In this document: positions 18,349 to 27,698 of the stretch, one piece after another
How positions within the stretch are numbered: the stretch's first letter is position 1
Layout of the letters: each line of letters starts with the position of its first letter
Made by a program: the position numbers and the translations under genes
Notes under the pieces: model-generated
Seen by the model: only the letters and a program-made list of their open reading frames with translations
What the model was told of the DNA's origin: nothing
The model's database searches: none
Origin: an uncultured Akkermansia sp.
Lineage (GTDB): Bacteria > Verrucomicrobiota > Kiritimatiellia > RFP12 > UBA1067
Assembly: GCA_964459675.1 (NCBI GenBank)
Contig: CAYWNP010000003.1
Span: forward strand, 1-42,771
Length of the DNA stretch: 42,771 nt
Direction of reading: 5' to 3'

Positions 18349-19092
18349 CTACTTCAACTCCACGTGGGCTTCCCCATCGAAGGGGTTTGTCCGGATGGCC
18401 AGTGAATAGAGATACGGATAATCACGGGCTAAATGTTTCAAATAGTCGATCCAACAGATCAAGACCAACTGATACATCCGCGTGATATCCCCTGTCAGAT
18501 GCTTATAATCCGCATCACTCAAGTTGGTGGTTGATTTGCGGTGTGCAAGTTCGTCCGTGACATGAAAGGTGGCCCACAACATATCCGTGAACGACTCGTG
18601 CTCCAGCAGATTCTGATTTTGAAGCAGGCTTAATAAAAAGGGCCGATTACTGACCAACTGGCGCTTCAGTTCTTCAAGGTCACCCTTCTTGCTGTCGATC
18701 CCACTCACATGACTGATGATGTTCAGCCTGATTTTTGCATAATCGGGTTCTTTCCAGGTATTGGGATGCGCCAACTTCTGTCGGATATCATCTGGTTTAA
18801 GATCAAAGGTGATGCATAGTTTGAGCACATCCATTCCGATCTCGCTAAAAAATGTACCGATCGCCATGTTCAAATGATTCAAGAGAACTTTCTTAGCCCT
18901 GTATTCAAGAAGACGGTTGATGATGAGCGCGACAATCAGCACATTCAGAAAGAGAAAAGCGATGTCCATGATCAGGTAAAAGAATATTGAGCGCGCATCC
19001 TTGAAGATTGCAAAATGAAGTTCATAACTCATGCCGGACAATGCAATGAGAATGATCGCTGACCAGAATTGCCAAGTAAAGATGTGCTTCAT
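18349..19092 (-). CDS. Hypothetical membrane protein (two N-terminal TM helices plus helical domain)
   Basis: 247-aa ORF with two hydrophobic N-terminal segments and a C-terminal YPYLYSLAIRTNPFD. Confidence 0.8.
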   Translation of the reverse strand: MKHIFTWQFWSAIILIALSGMSYELHFAIFKDARSIFFYLIMDIAFLFLNVLIVALIINRLLEYRAKKVLLNHLNMAIGTFFSEIGMDVLKLCITFDLKPDDIRQKLAHPNTWKEPDYAKIRLNIISHVSGIDSKKGDLEELKRQLVSNRPFLLSLLQNQNLLEHESFTDMLWATFHVTDELAHRKSTTNLSDADYKHLTGDITRMYQLVLICWIDYLKHLARDYPYLYSLAIRTNPFDGEAHVELK

Positions 19093-19197
19093 GACTGTGG
19101 ATATCCCTTGCGTTTTAAAATTAAGACTTTAAAGTATATCACACTGATGGCTAAAAAGACGAGCATTTGTGGTTTGAAGGGGACGGGCGGTGCGTGG

Positions 19198-19443
19198 TTA
19201 GAAATGCCGGTGGCGGAATTCATGGCCTGAACCTGTTTTTAAATAGGCTTCGAAGGCAGTTGCCTTCTCACGGGATGTGAAAGCGATTGCGGTCTCGACA
19301 ATCCACGGCTTAAACTTCGAGGTGTGGGGTGATCCGCCTGCATTATGCACCGCAAGCCGAGCTTTCAGGTCCACTGTCATACCGACATACGTTTGTTTCG
19401 GATATGACGCGCTTCGCAGGATGTAGACATAGTGAAATGTAAT
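19198..19443 (-). CDS. Small GIY-YIG nuclease family protein (no canonical start; ATT at 19443)
   Basis: Extending ORF 19198-19380 upstream in frame gives ITFHYVYILRS...TYVGMT.DL..RL..HN.G...T....PW...A...E..LK.G.G. No ATG, GTG or TTG precedes the YVYIL motif before an in-frame TGA. Confidence 0.8.
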   Translation of the reverse strand: MTFHYVYILRSASYPKQTYVGMTVDLKARLAVHNAGGSPHTSKFKPWIVETAIAFTSREKATAFEAYLKTGSGHEFRHRHF

Positions 19444-19445
19444 GG

Positions 19446-19585
19446 CCTGCCATCCGTCTTGTCCGCCGGAGTACCGTAGGCGGAAGTCTCGCAGCGCTAA
19501 TAAGTAAAGCCCTCCTTCGTGGCCTCAAACATTCGGCCAGCTACGGAGGGCATCCTTCGCTCTCCGCTACGCTGCGAACGAAGGA

Positions 19586-19587
<2 letters not shown>
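19446..19587. repeat. Cluster of GC-rich palindromes between the tRNA 3' end and the GIY-YIG gene
   Basis: tccgcc..ggcgga (19462-19484), gccctcc..ggagggc (19509-19551) and catccttcg..cgaaggatg (19551-19587); the last abuts the tRNA CCA. Confidence 0.7.
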
Positions 19588-19661
<74 letters not shown>

Positions 19662-19796
19662 AAAAGGTCTTTGACTTAAAGAAGTGCGTAGTAAACCAAA
19701 TTTTGAGGGGAAAGTCAATTGCAGGTTGAAGGTTTTTTTGGGTTTTCGAAAATGGACGCTTGCCCGTACGTCATGGGTATAGTACATTTTTACGAA

Positions 19797-20912
19797 ATGA
19801 GGATTCACGGACAGTGTTATCGAACGATTTGGGAGGCCCCTGACAAGCCAGGAGTCGTCCAAGTCATTCACCAAGGCAGACTGCCACATACCCTCGAAAT
19901 CCTTGACCTGATCACTGTTGAGGACTTCCGGCGTGCGATTGCCGATATGCAGATCCGGGGAGCCGGACTCATTGGCGCTACCGCTGCCTATGGAATGGTC
20001 GCCGCCGTGCGTCATGCAAAAGCACAGGATGCCCTTGCTTCGATACAACAGGCCGCCGGTACGCTCATACAGACGCGCCCGACTGCGGTCAATCTCGCGT
20101 GGGCTGTTCAACAGCAGCTGGAGGCGATATCAGCCTGTGCCTCACACACGGACTGGCTGAATACTGCGCTTCGGGTGGCCCGCAAGATTGCGGATGATGA
20201 CGCCAGCGCCTGCAAACGCATCGGGGAATTGACCTTGCCCCTCATCCAAAAGATTTCAGACGCTAAAAAGGGGCAACCTGTCAACATCTTGACCCATTGC
20301 AATGCAGGATGGCTGGCCTTTGTGGATTACGGCACGGCAACTGCGGGTATCTATGCCGCTCATGAGGCGGGCATCCCTGTGCACGTCTGGGTGGATGAGA
20401 CGCGTCCGCGTAACCAGGGCGCAAGTTTGACTGCATGGGAACTAAGCGAACAAGGCGTTCCTCATCACCTGATCGCGGACAACACAGGCGGCCACCTGAT
20501 GCAACACAAGATGGTCGATCTGGTGATTGTCGGTGCAGACCGTGTGACACGCAGGGGCGATGCCGCAAACAAAATCGGAACCTACCTGAAGGCGCTAGCG
20601 GCCAACGATAACAACATCCCCTTTTATGTCGCCCTCCCTTCTTCAACCTTTGATCTCTCCATGGCAGACGGCGTCGCGGAAATTCCGGTGGAAGAGCGCG
20701 GGGCGGAAGAGGTCCGCCACATGACAGGCATGACGGACGATGGTACGCTCGCAAGCGTCCGGATCTGTCCGGAAAATACCCCCGCCTGTAATTATGGCTT
20801 TGATGTGACCCCTGCCCGCCTGATCACCGGACTGATCTGTGAACACGGAATCTACGCGGCAAATGAAAGCGATATACTCGCCCTTTTGAGCAAAGGGCAG
20901 GGAACTAACTAG
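19797..20912 (+). CDS. mtnA: S-methyl-5-thioribose-1-phosphate isomerase
   Basis: MQIRGA, TRPTAVNL, LTHCNAG, DETRPRNQG, GADR, NKIGTY and FDVTP motifs; start reassigned to ATG 19797. Confidence 0.93.
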   Translation: MRIHGQCYRTIWEAPDKPGVVQVIHQGRLPHTLEILDLITVEDFRRAIADMQIRGAGLIGATAAYGMVAAVRHAKAQDALASIQQAAGTLIQTRPTAVNLAWAVQQQLEAISACASHTDWLNTALRVARKIADDDASACKRIGELTLPLIQKISDAKKGQPVNILTHCNAGWLAFVDYGTATAGIYAAHEAGIPVHVWVDETRPRNQGASLTAWELSEQGVPHHLIADNTGGHLMQHKMVDLVIVGADRVTRRGDAANKIGTYLKALAANDNNIPFYVALPSSTFDLSMADGVAEIPVEERGAEEVRHMTGMTDDGTLASVRICPENTPACNYGFDVTPARLITGLICEHGIYAANESDILALLSKGQGTN

Positions 20913-20927
20913 CAACTTTTTTAGCAT

Positions 20928-21059
20928 CCGAATGGCACGAACCACACGAATAAACATCGAACATTCAACATCCACCTTCGACAAGGCTACGGCGGACAGG
21001 TCGAACGTCGAACGTCCAATTTTCAATAACGCAATAAGGCAATGAGGCAATAAGGCAAT
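20928..21059 (+). repeat. Stack of 9-, 7- and 8-bp tandem repeats with an inserted 30-nt palindrome
   Basis: cgaatggca cgaaccaca cgaa; tcgaaca ttcaaca[tccaccttcgacaaggctacggcggacagg]tcgaacg tcgaacg tccaatt ttcaata; gcaataag gcaatgag gcaataag gcaat. Confidence 0.75.
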
Positions 21060-21063
21060 TCTC

Positions 21064-21672
21064 ATGATCGACGAAGGGTATATTAAATTCTCAGTCCACT
21101 TGAATGAGACCGACATTGAGATGCCGGATGCTCTTGCGGAGCTGAATGCCGTGCGAACTGCACTCTTTGACAACGGCATGATCGGCGTCCTGCCGAGCGG
21201 CATCGGATTTGGGAATGTCAGCGTCAAGACCCCAGGCTCTCACCGCTTCTTTATCTCGGGTTCAGCCACAGGCGGTAAGCGCATCTTGGATCCCGAAGAT
21301 TATTGCAGGGTGGAAAGCTGTTCTGTGGAGCGCAACGACGTCTTTTGTTCAGGCCACATCAAGGCGTCCTCCGAGACCATGAGCCACGATGCCGTCTATC
21401 ACGCGAATGACTCCGTGTGTTGCGTGATCCACATCCACCACAAACCCTTCTTTTACAAACTCCTTGCCAACACCACCATCCCCACGACATCCAAGACGGC
21501 GAAATTTGGAACGCCTGAAATGGCCAAGGATATTGAACGCATCGTCAAAACCCAGGTCTCACCCTTCGGCATCCTAGTCATGACCGGACATGAAGACGGT
21601 ATCATCGCCTGGGGCAGGACGATTGCCGAGGCCCATGACATCTTAATGCACCAGTATAAAAATACATACTGA
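21064..21672 (+). CDS. Class II aldolase/adducin family protein
   Basis: GFGNVS, ISGS, SSET.SH and HIH metal-binding motifs, plus FGTPE and GHEDG. Confidence 0.88.
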   Translation: MIDEGYIKFSVHLNETDIEMPDALAELNAVRTALFDNGMIGVLPSGIGFGNVSVKTPGSHRFFISGSATGGKRILDPEDYCRVESCSVERNDVFCSGHIKASSETMSHDAVYHANDSVCCVIHIHHKPFFYKLLANTTIPTTSKTAKFGTPEMAKDIERIVKTQVSPFGILVMTGHEDGIIAWGRTIAEAHDILMHQYKNTY

Positions 21673-21704
21673 ACCCCGTACGCGATTTAATGAAAGGCTG
21701 AAAA

Positions 21705-24700
21705 ATGAAGAGCGCACTATTCGCATGGGTTATCTTAGCAACTTTCCTCGTCTGCGCAGTCGAGCCACCTGCGAACTTTCTTCTGGAGACACCCGCCGTC
21801 ATCAAAGCCGCAGCTGGTGTGACGTGTCAGAAGTACACCGACTCCGATCGCATCCTGGTTGACAACCACACCTTTGAGGCCTACGAGAAGGATGGTTCTT
21901 CGATTGTCTGGGATGATGAGTACACGAAGGTGCTCACGGAGAAGGGCCGACGTGAGAGCGGTTCGTTCTCTCTCGATTTCAATACGCATTACGGGACTTC
22001 ACTGGTTTACCGTGCTGAAATCATTAAGCCCAACGGACGGATCATCCCCATTGATGTCGATGCCTATTCCCGAATCATGACTGATCCCGGGCAGATGGGG
22101 ATGAACATCTATGATCCCGCAAACAAGGTTTTGACCTGTGCGATCCCGGGCATTGAAATCGGCGACATGGTTCATATCGTAAGCTGCAGGATCACCAAGA
22201 AAGCGTATGTTCCAAATACGTGGAGCGATATGACCCTCGCGGAATATGATAATCCAATCCTGAAATTGGATCGCGAGATTCTCGCACCTGCTGAACTTCC
22301 CCTCGTCCACAAAGTTCTACGCGATCCACTCTCAAACACGGTTACTTACACCGAGACAAAAATGCCAGATGGACGGATCCGTTATCTCTGGAAGGTTCGC
22401 AATGTCCCCCAAATGTTTCCAGAACCCAATATGCCACCCCTACAGACGGTCGCGCAGCGTCTGATGCTCAGCACCCTCAAGGACTGGCGTGACGTTTCGC
22501 GTTGGTATTGGAATCTCTGCCAGCCGGCACTCCAGAAAATTGACCCCGACATGCAGCCCATGGTGGCTAAACTGATTGAGGGTGCAACAACCCGCGACGA
22601 AAAGATCCGGCGCATCTTTAAGTTTGTCTCACAGGAGATCCGCTACATGGGGATTACGACCGAGGACACCGCGCCTGGCTTTGAACCCCATGAAGTCGGG
22701 ATGACCTTCAAGAACCGTTACGGTGTCTGCCGTGACAAGGCGGCTTTGCTGGCTGTCATGTTGACCCAAGCTGGCATCCAAGGCTATCCAGTTTTGATCC
22801 ATGGGGGTGCAAAGATGGACAAGGATGTGCCGACCCCCTTCTTCAACCATGCGATTACCGCTGTTGACAAGCCCGGCGGCGGTTATATCCTGATGGACCC
22901 AACCGATGAGAACACGCGCGATCTCTTTCCCGCGTATCTCTGCAACCGCAGTTACCTTGTGGCACGTTCGGAGGGCGAGACCTTACTGACTTCCGATGTC
23001 TATCCTGTTGAAAACAATATGATGCGCATCCAGACCGACGGCACACTGGATAAGACGGGCTCTTTGGTTTTGAAGACGCGCCTTGACTTCGAGGGTATCA
23101 ATGACAATGCTTATCGTGGAAGCCTCCTCCGTCAGAAGGCAGACCAGCGCCGCAAACTATTTGAAGGCTTCTTCAAAAAACGGCTGGCTGGCGCAGAAGT
23201 CTTGGAGTGCATCATCAAGCCCGACAACTTGCAAGATACTGAAACACCGCTCTCCGTTGAGCTGACCACGCGTGTCCCTGACTATCCTATCCGTGGAAAG
23301 GGTCTGGATACGCTGAGCCTTCCCTGGCTCGGCGGCTCGCTCGGCTATGTGAATTTTGTCATTAGCCAGACCGGGCTTGATAAACGTAAATATCCCATGG
23401 AGACACAGATTACCTGTGGGTTACGCGAACGCATCACCATCCAAGTGGGTGACAGTATCGGGGCTCCCTATATCTTGTCCTCCAATTTAAAAATTAGGCA
23501 ACAGGGGATCGAATACACGACAACGCAATCGCTGAAAGACGGCGTCATTCAGGGCACCCTTGAGCACTATATCACGGCACCTGAATTTTCGCCGGACGAT
23601 TATCTCCAGTTGAAGCAAGCGCTTAAAAAGATTGAGGCCCACTCACGCCACATCCCCTTATTCAAGGCCTCGATCAAAGACCCTGCTGACCAGGAGACGC
23701 TCTACTCCGTCAGCGATGTGACCCTCCTTTCTGAATCCTCTTGGGTGACGACAAACACCTGGTCCAAGCGCATCCTCACGTACGCGGGAAAAAAGAGCGG
23801 CGCGGAACTCAAGTATAGCTACAACCCCAGTTGGCAGGAGGTGGAGGTGGTCTCCGCCACGGTCTCCAACCTGACGGGCGTCGTTCATGCTGTCACCCCC
23901 AAGGAGATGAACATCATGGATGCCCCGTGGTCAGCCTCCGCACCTCGGTATCCGGCTGGAAAGATCCTGATTGTCAATCTTCCCAGCGTTGAAACAGGGA
24001 GTGTCATCACCGTGACAACCCGTCATGTGCAAAAACAGATGCCCTTCTACAGCCACACGCAAAGTTTCGGAGGGACAGAACCGATCGGACGTGAAACCTA
24101 CAAACTCACCTTCCCCAAAAAGATGATGCCTAAGCTTCAGCAATTCCATTGCGATGCGATTGCTTTCACAGCGGTAACCAACAACTCAACGATCCGTTGG
24201 ACATGGACGGCCCACAATCCGCCGATCATCCGTCCGGAAGAGTCCCTGCCACCCTGGCACTTCTTCCATCCCCAACTCTTCATCTCCTTTGGCTCGTGGG
24301 AATCATTTGCAGATGATCTGGACGATTCCATCGAGAACGTCTCCGATGGTAACTCCCTTTCGCGCAAGCTTGCCAAGACGCTCGTGAAGGGCGAATCGGA
24401 CTCCTACGCAAAGATGCGCAAGGTCCGGGACGCTGTCTTGCGTTCCGTGCGTCCCTCTGGCATCTCCTTCATGGACTTGCCACCCTCCTGTCTCTCAACA
24501 CCGGACCAGACATTGACCAATCAATACGGCCATGTGATGGATCGCGCCATTCTTCTGAAGGAGATGCTGAACGCGGTTGGGCTTCGCGCTGAAATCGTCT
24601 TAGCTTCCGATGACACGACCGGTTATGCCAAGAGCATCAAGCCACGCATTGACACCCCACAACGCAGAACCTTCAGCCATCCGCTCGTGCGAACCTGCAT

Positions 24701-25484
24701 CAAGGGAGTCCCCTACTATCTGAACACCGGCGATCAATACGATGAACCTGGCAGCTGCGCCTTGCATCGTGCGCCGTGCCTGACCATGGATGGCGAGATT
24801 CAGACGATTGAGATTCCAGAAAAGTTTCAATCCTTCACGCGCGATTTGAACGTGATTGATATTGACGAAAAGGGAACAGCCACGATCTCGACTACCAACT
24901 GGATCACAGGTGCTGCAGTCGGCCCCTTCCGAAAAGGCTACTCCGAAGTATTGCCGGAAGATCGCAGACGCCACTATCTCGAAATGATCGAGGGTGTCTC
25001 CATGTCAGCAGTTGCCGTATCCGATCTAGTAACCGATACGCACTCCTACCCCAGCGTGCTATCCTTTAGCGTGCGGGCCCCGGATTACGCAGTGATGGAC
25101 GGGAAGACAATGACATTGTGGATCCCTGGCATCGGCGGAGGCCTTTTCGAACTGCGCGGCGACAAACGGGAGAATCCGCTATTCTTTGGCGGACATTTCA
25201 CGGCGACAAGTGAGTGCATCATCATCCTTCCGAAAGGGTATACGAAGTTGCCCCTCCTGCCAGCCGCGCGCGGCTGGGAGCTTCCCTGCGGACTAGGAAC
25301 GTTTACTTCCGACATCACCACGACAACACGCCCTGACGGACGCCTGCAGATCCGCATCCTTGAACAGCAGAAGCGTCAGAGCGGCGAAGTCCCTGCACAA
25401 CTCTATCCTGCGCTTCTGGAGTACAACCGCCTTCTAGCCCATCCCTCCGCACGAACCCTGGTCGCTGAAAAAGAGAGCAAGTGA
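21705..25484 (+). CDS. Secreted protein with tandem DUF3857 plus transglutaminase-like modules
   Basis: Signal peptide. Module 1 has GVCRDKA/FNHAI/LMDPT (Cys-His-Asp); module 2 has GHVMDRA/FSHPL (no Cys). Confidence 0.88.
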   Translation: MKSALFAWVILATFLVCAVEPPANFLLETPAVIKAAAGVTCQKYTDSDRILVDNHTFEAYEKDGSSIVWDDEYTKVLTEKGRRESGSFSLDFNTHYGTSLVYRAEIIKPNGRIIPIDVDAYSRIMTDPGQMGMNIYDPANKVLTCAIPGIEIGDMVHIVSCRITKKAYVPNTWSDMTLAEYDNPILKLDREILAPAELPLVHKVLRDPLSNTVTYTETKMPDGRIRYLWKVRNVPQMFPEPNMPPLQTVAQRLMLSTLKDWRDVSRWYWNLCQPALQKIDPDMQPMVAKLIEGATTRDEKIRRIFKFVSQEIRYMGITTEDTAPGFEPHEVGMTFKNRYGVCRDKAALLAVMLTQAGIQGYPVLIHGGAKMDKDVPTPFFNHAITAVDKPGGGYILMDPTDENTRDLFPAYLCNRSYLVARSEGETLLTSDVYPVENNMMRIQTDGTLDKTGSLVLKTRLDFEGINDNAYRGSLLRQKADQRRKLFEGFFKKRLAGAEVLECIIKPDNLQDTETPLSVELTTRVPDYPIRGKGLDTLSLPWLGGSLGYVNFVISQTGLDKRKYPMETQITCGLRERITIQVGDSIGAPYILSSNLKIRQQGIEYTTTQSLKDGVIQGTLEHYITAPEFSPDDYLQLKQALKKIEAHSRHIPLFKASIKDPADQETLYSVSDVTLLSESSWVTTNTWSKRILTYAGKKSGAELKYSYNPSWQEVEVVSATVSNLTGVVHAVTPKEMNIMDAPWSASAPRYPAGKILIVNLPSVETGSVITVTTRHVQKQMPFYSHTQSFGGTEPIGRETYKLTFPKKMMPKLQQFHCDAIAFTAVTNNSTIRWTWTAHNPPIIRPEESLPPWHFFHPQLFISFGSWESFADDLDDSIENVSDGNSLSRKLAKTLVKGESDSYAKMRKVRDAVLRSVRPSGISFMDLPPSCLSTPDQTLTNQYGHVMDRAILLKEMLNAVGLRAEIVLASDDTTGYAKSIKPRIDTPQRRTFSHPLVRTCIKGVPYYLNTGDQYDEPGSCALHRAPCLTMDGEIQTIEIPEKFQSFTRDLNVIDIDEKGTATISTTNWITGAAVGPFRKGYSEVLPEDRRRHYLEMIEGVSMSAVAVSDLVTDTHSYPSVLSFSVRAPDYAVMDGKTMTLWIPGIGGGLFELRGDKRENPLFFGGHFTATSECIIILPKGYTKLPLLPAARGWELPCGLGTFTSDITTTTRPDGRLQIRILEQQKRQSGEVPAQLYPALLEYNRLLAHPSARTLVAEKESK

Positions 25485-26131
25485 AATCAGATCCCGTCTC
25501 ACCTCAAGGTTTACAATCACTCCAGATCGGCGATGTGTCACTAACCATAGAGACACCGCCGGACTTGGATGCTTTGCTTGACCGTGCTGCCGAGGAGGCG
25601 CCCCACACCGTCGATGGCATCCCCTATTATGCCATCCTCTGGCCTGCGGCACAGGGTCTTGCGCACACCCTATGGCAACTGCGTACCGCACTCAAAGGCG
25701 AACGCGTGATTGAACTAGGTTGCGGACTCGGACTCCCCTCCATCCTGGCCGCAAAGCTGGGTGCAACGGTAGAGGCGACTGACTTTCATCCCGACACAGG
25801 GCAATGGCTCCTGCATAACGCTGAGGCGAATCAGGTTCACCTCGACTACCACCAGCTCGACTGGAACTTGTTTCTACAAGGTCAGAAAAGAAAATGTCCT
25901 CTCGCTCCAGCCAAGTTTGTCATTGGCAGTGATTTGTTATATGAACCTCGCCACATTCCCGCACTGATCTGTACGATTGAGGCGCTTTGCGCCCAGCCGG
26001 GCGAGGCGATCATCGCAGATCCGGGACGTGACCATCTGCAGACCTTTGTCACCGCCATGGAGCGCTCAGGCTGGAAACACGAACTCCTCCCGATCAACGA
26101 CATCTACGTCTGTCGTTTTAAAAAGTTGTAG
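25481..26131 (+). CDS. Class I SAM-dependent methyltransferase (Methyltransf_16/METTL21-like)
   Basis: PYYAILWPAA, VIELGCGLG, ATD, LDW and GSDLLY motifs; GTGA overlap with the upstream gene. Confidence 0.88.
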   Translation: MKSDPVSPQGLQSLQIGDVSLTIETPPDLDALLDRAAEEAPHTVDGIPYYAILWPAAQGLAHTLWQLRTALKGERVIELGCGLGLPSILAAKLGATVEATDFHPDTGQWLLHNAEANQVHLDYHQLDWNLFLQGQKRKCPLAPAKFVIGSDLLYEPRHIPALICTIEALCAQPGEAIIADPGRDHLQTFVTAMERSGWKHELLPINDIYVCRFKKL

Positions 26132-26232
26132 CCTATTCTAGGCTGATGCGATAGAAATAGGATGGCGTAACTTCCCCCTATTTGGTATCATTTTACGTTT
26201 CTTAGATTGACTAGACAGAAGGATAACCCACT

Positions 26233-27150
26233 ATGGAAAATATCGTTATTATTGGTAGCGGTCCCGCTGGACTTACGGCAGCCATCTATGCAGCGCGCGC
26301 CAATCTCTCCCCTGTTGTGATTGACGGCATGCAACCCGGTGGTCAGCTGACGCAAACAACCGAGGTCGAAAACTTCCCTGGCTTTGAGAAACCGATCACC
26401 GGCCTTGAACTGGTTCAAACCATGCGCAAGCAGGCGGAGCGTTTTGGCGTCCGCTTCCTCATGGATGCGGTTAATTCCTGCGAACTGACGGGCACAACCA
26501 AAAAACTCTCTCTGATGATGAACGGTACGCTCGAAACACAAACCGTGGTCATCGCAACTGGTGCAAGCGCACGTTACCTAGGGCTACCGTCCGAAGAAAA
26601 ATTACAGGGACGCGGCGTCTCTGCGTGCGCTACCTGCGACGGCTCCTTCTTCAAGGGTCAGCGCGTGGCTGTCGTCGGGGGCGGGGACACGGCCATGGAG
26701 GATGCACTCTATCTCTCCCGCATCGTAGAGCATGTAACACTGATCCATCGTAGAGATGCCTTCCGCGCCTCGAAAATCATGGTGGACCGCGTCCTCAGCA
26801 CCTCCTCCATTTCAATCGCATGGAACACGGTTGTCGAGGATGTCCTGGATGTCACAAAGGGAGAAGTCACGGGGCTCAAGCTCAAAAATGTCAAGAGCGG
26901 CGAGACAAGTGAACTTCCAGTACAAGGTTTGTTCATTGCAATCGGACACACTCCGAACACCAGCATCTTTGCCGGACAACTTGAACTGGATGCCGAGGGA
27001 TATCTGGTGGCCAAGGATACGCGTACCTCTGTTCCAGGTGTCTTTGCTGCAGGCGATGTGCAGGATCGTCACTTTAAACAGGCTATTACCTCTGCGGGCA
27101 CGGGCTGTATCGCAGCGCTTCAGGCCGAACGTTATCTCGCAACATGCTGA
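26233..27150 (+). CDS. trxB: Thioredoxin-disulfide reductase
   Basis: IIGSGPAG, GGQL, ENFPG, CATCDG, GGGDTAMED, HRRD and FAAGD motifs. Confidence 0.96.
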   Translation: MENIVIIGSGPAGLTAAIYAARANLSPVVIDGMQPGGQLTQTTEVENFPGFEKPITGLELVQTMRKQAERFGVRFLMDAVNSCELTGTTKKLSLMMNGTLETQTVVIATGASARYLGLPSEEKLQGRGVSACATCDGSFFKGQRVAVVGGGDTAMEDALYLSRIVEHVTLIHRRDAFRASKIMVDRVLSTSSISIAWNTVVEDVLDVTKGEVTGLKLKNVKSGETSELPVQGLFIAIGHTPNTSIFAGQLELDAEGYLVAKDTRTSVPGVFAAGDVQDRHFKQAITSAGTGCIAALQAERYLATC

Positions 27151-27163
27151 AGAGGGTTTCACT

Positions 27164-27679
27164 TTGGGTAAGACTCACAAAAAAAAGGATTCCATAAAGG
27201 CATCGGCACGCCGTACCTACATCATCGGCCTGCTGGCGGTCTTTTTTCCCGCATCGCTTTGGCTCGTAGGATGCATCCATAACCGTTTCAAACCGCCCTC
27301 TTCTACCTCTAAGCCAATTGTCAAAGTCATGGAGGTTACGGGCTATTGCAACTGTGGCATCTGCTGCAGCTGGGAGTATCCCTGGTATTCTACCTTCGGA
27401 CTTTTTGGGTCCCCTCACATCAATGCAGGCAGCGACAAGGGCAAGCGCAAGGCTGTCGGACAGACCGCCATGGGTACAGAGGCTGCTTATGGAACAGTCG
27501 CTGCTGATAAGTCGCTCCCCTTTGGAACCATTCTCTTTATTCCAGGATACGGTTATGGGCGTGTGGAAGATCGCGGTGGCGCCATTAAGGGTGACAAGCT
27601 GGACCTCTGGTTCCCCTCCCACTCCATGGCCAGACAATGGGGACGCAAAAAAGTCACTGTAAAAATTTGGAAACGTTAA
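27164..27679 (+). CDS. 3D-domain protein (MltA-like cell-wall protein) with N-terminal TM
   Basis: VTGYC, VAAD..LPFGT.L.IPGYG...VEDRGGAIKG.KLDLWF. TTG start at 27164 after AGAGGG chosen instead of the 26756 extension. Confidence 0.85.
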   Translation: MGKTHKKKDSIKASARRTYIIGLLAVFFPASLWLVGCIHNRFKPPSSTSKPIVKVMEVTGYCNCGICCSWEYPWYSTFGLFGSPHINAGSDKGKRKAVGQTAMGTEAAYGTVAADKSLPFGTILFIPGYGYGRVEDRGGAIKGDKLDLWFPSHSMARQWGRKKVTVKIWKR

Positions 27680-27698
27680 CACGAGAAGGACCTTGAAC

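Noticed and set aside
1-19585. attL/attR duplicate of the tRNA-Ala 3' end or an integrase
   Set aside because: No second copy of tggtggaggtaagg and no tyrosine or serine recombinase found by eye; either could lie outside the window.
26756-27163. N-terminal extension of the 307-aa ORF overlapping trxB
   Set aside because: Alternative frame of trxB; the TM and 3D domain begin after the TTG at 27164, which has its own RBS.
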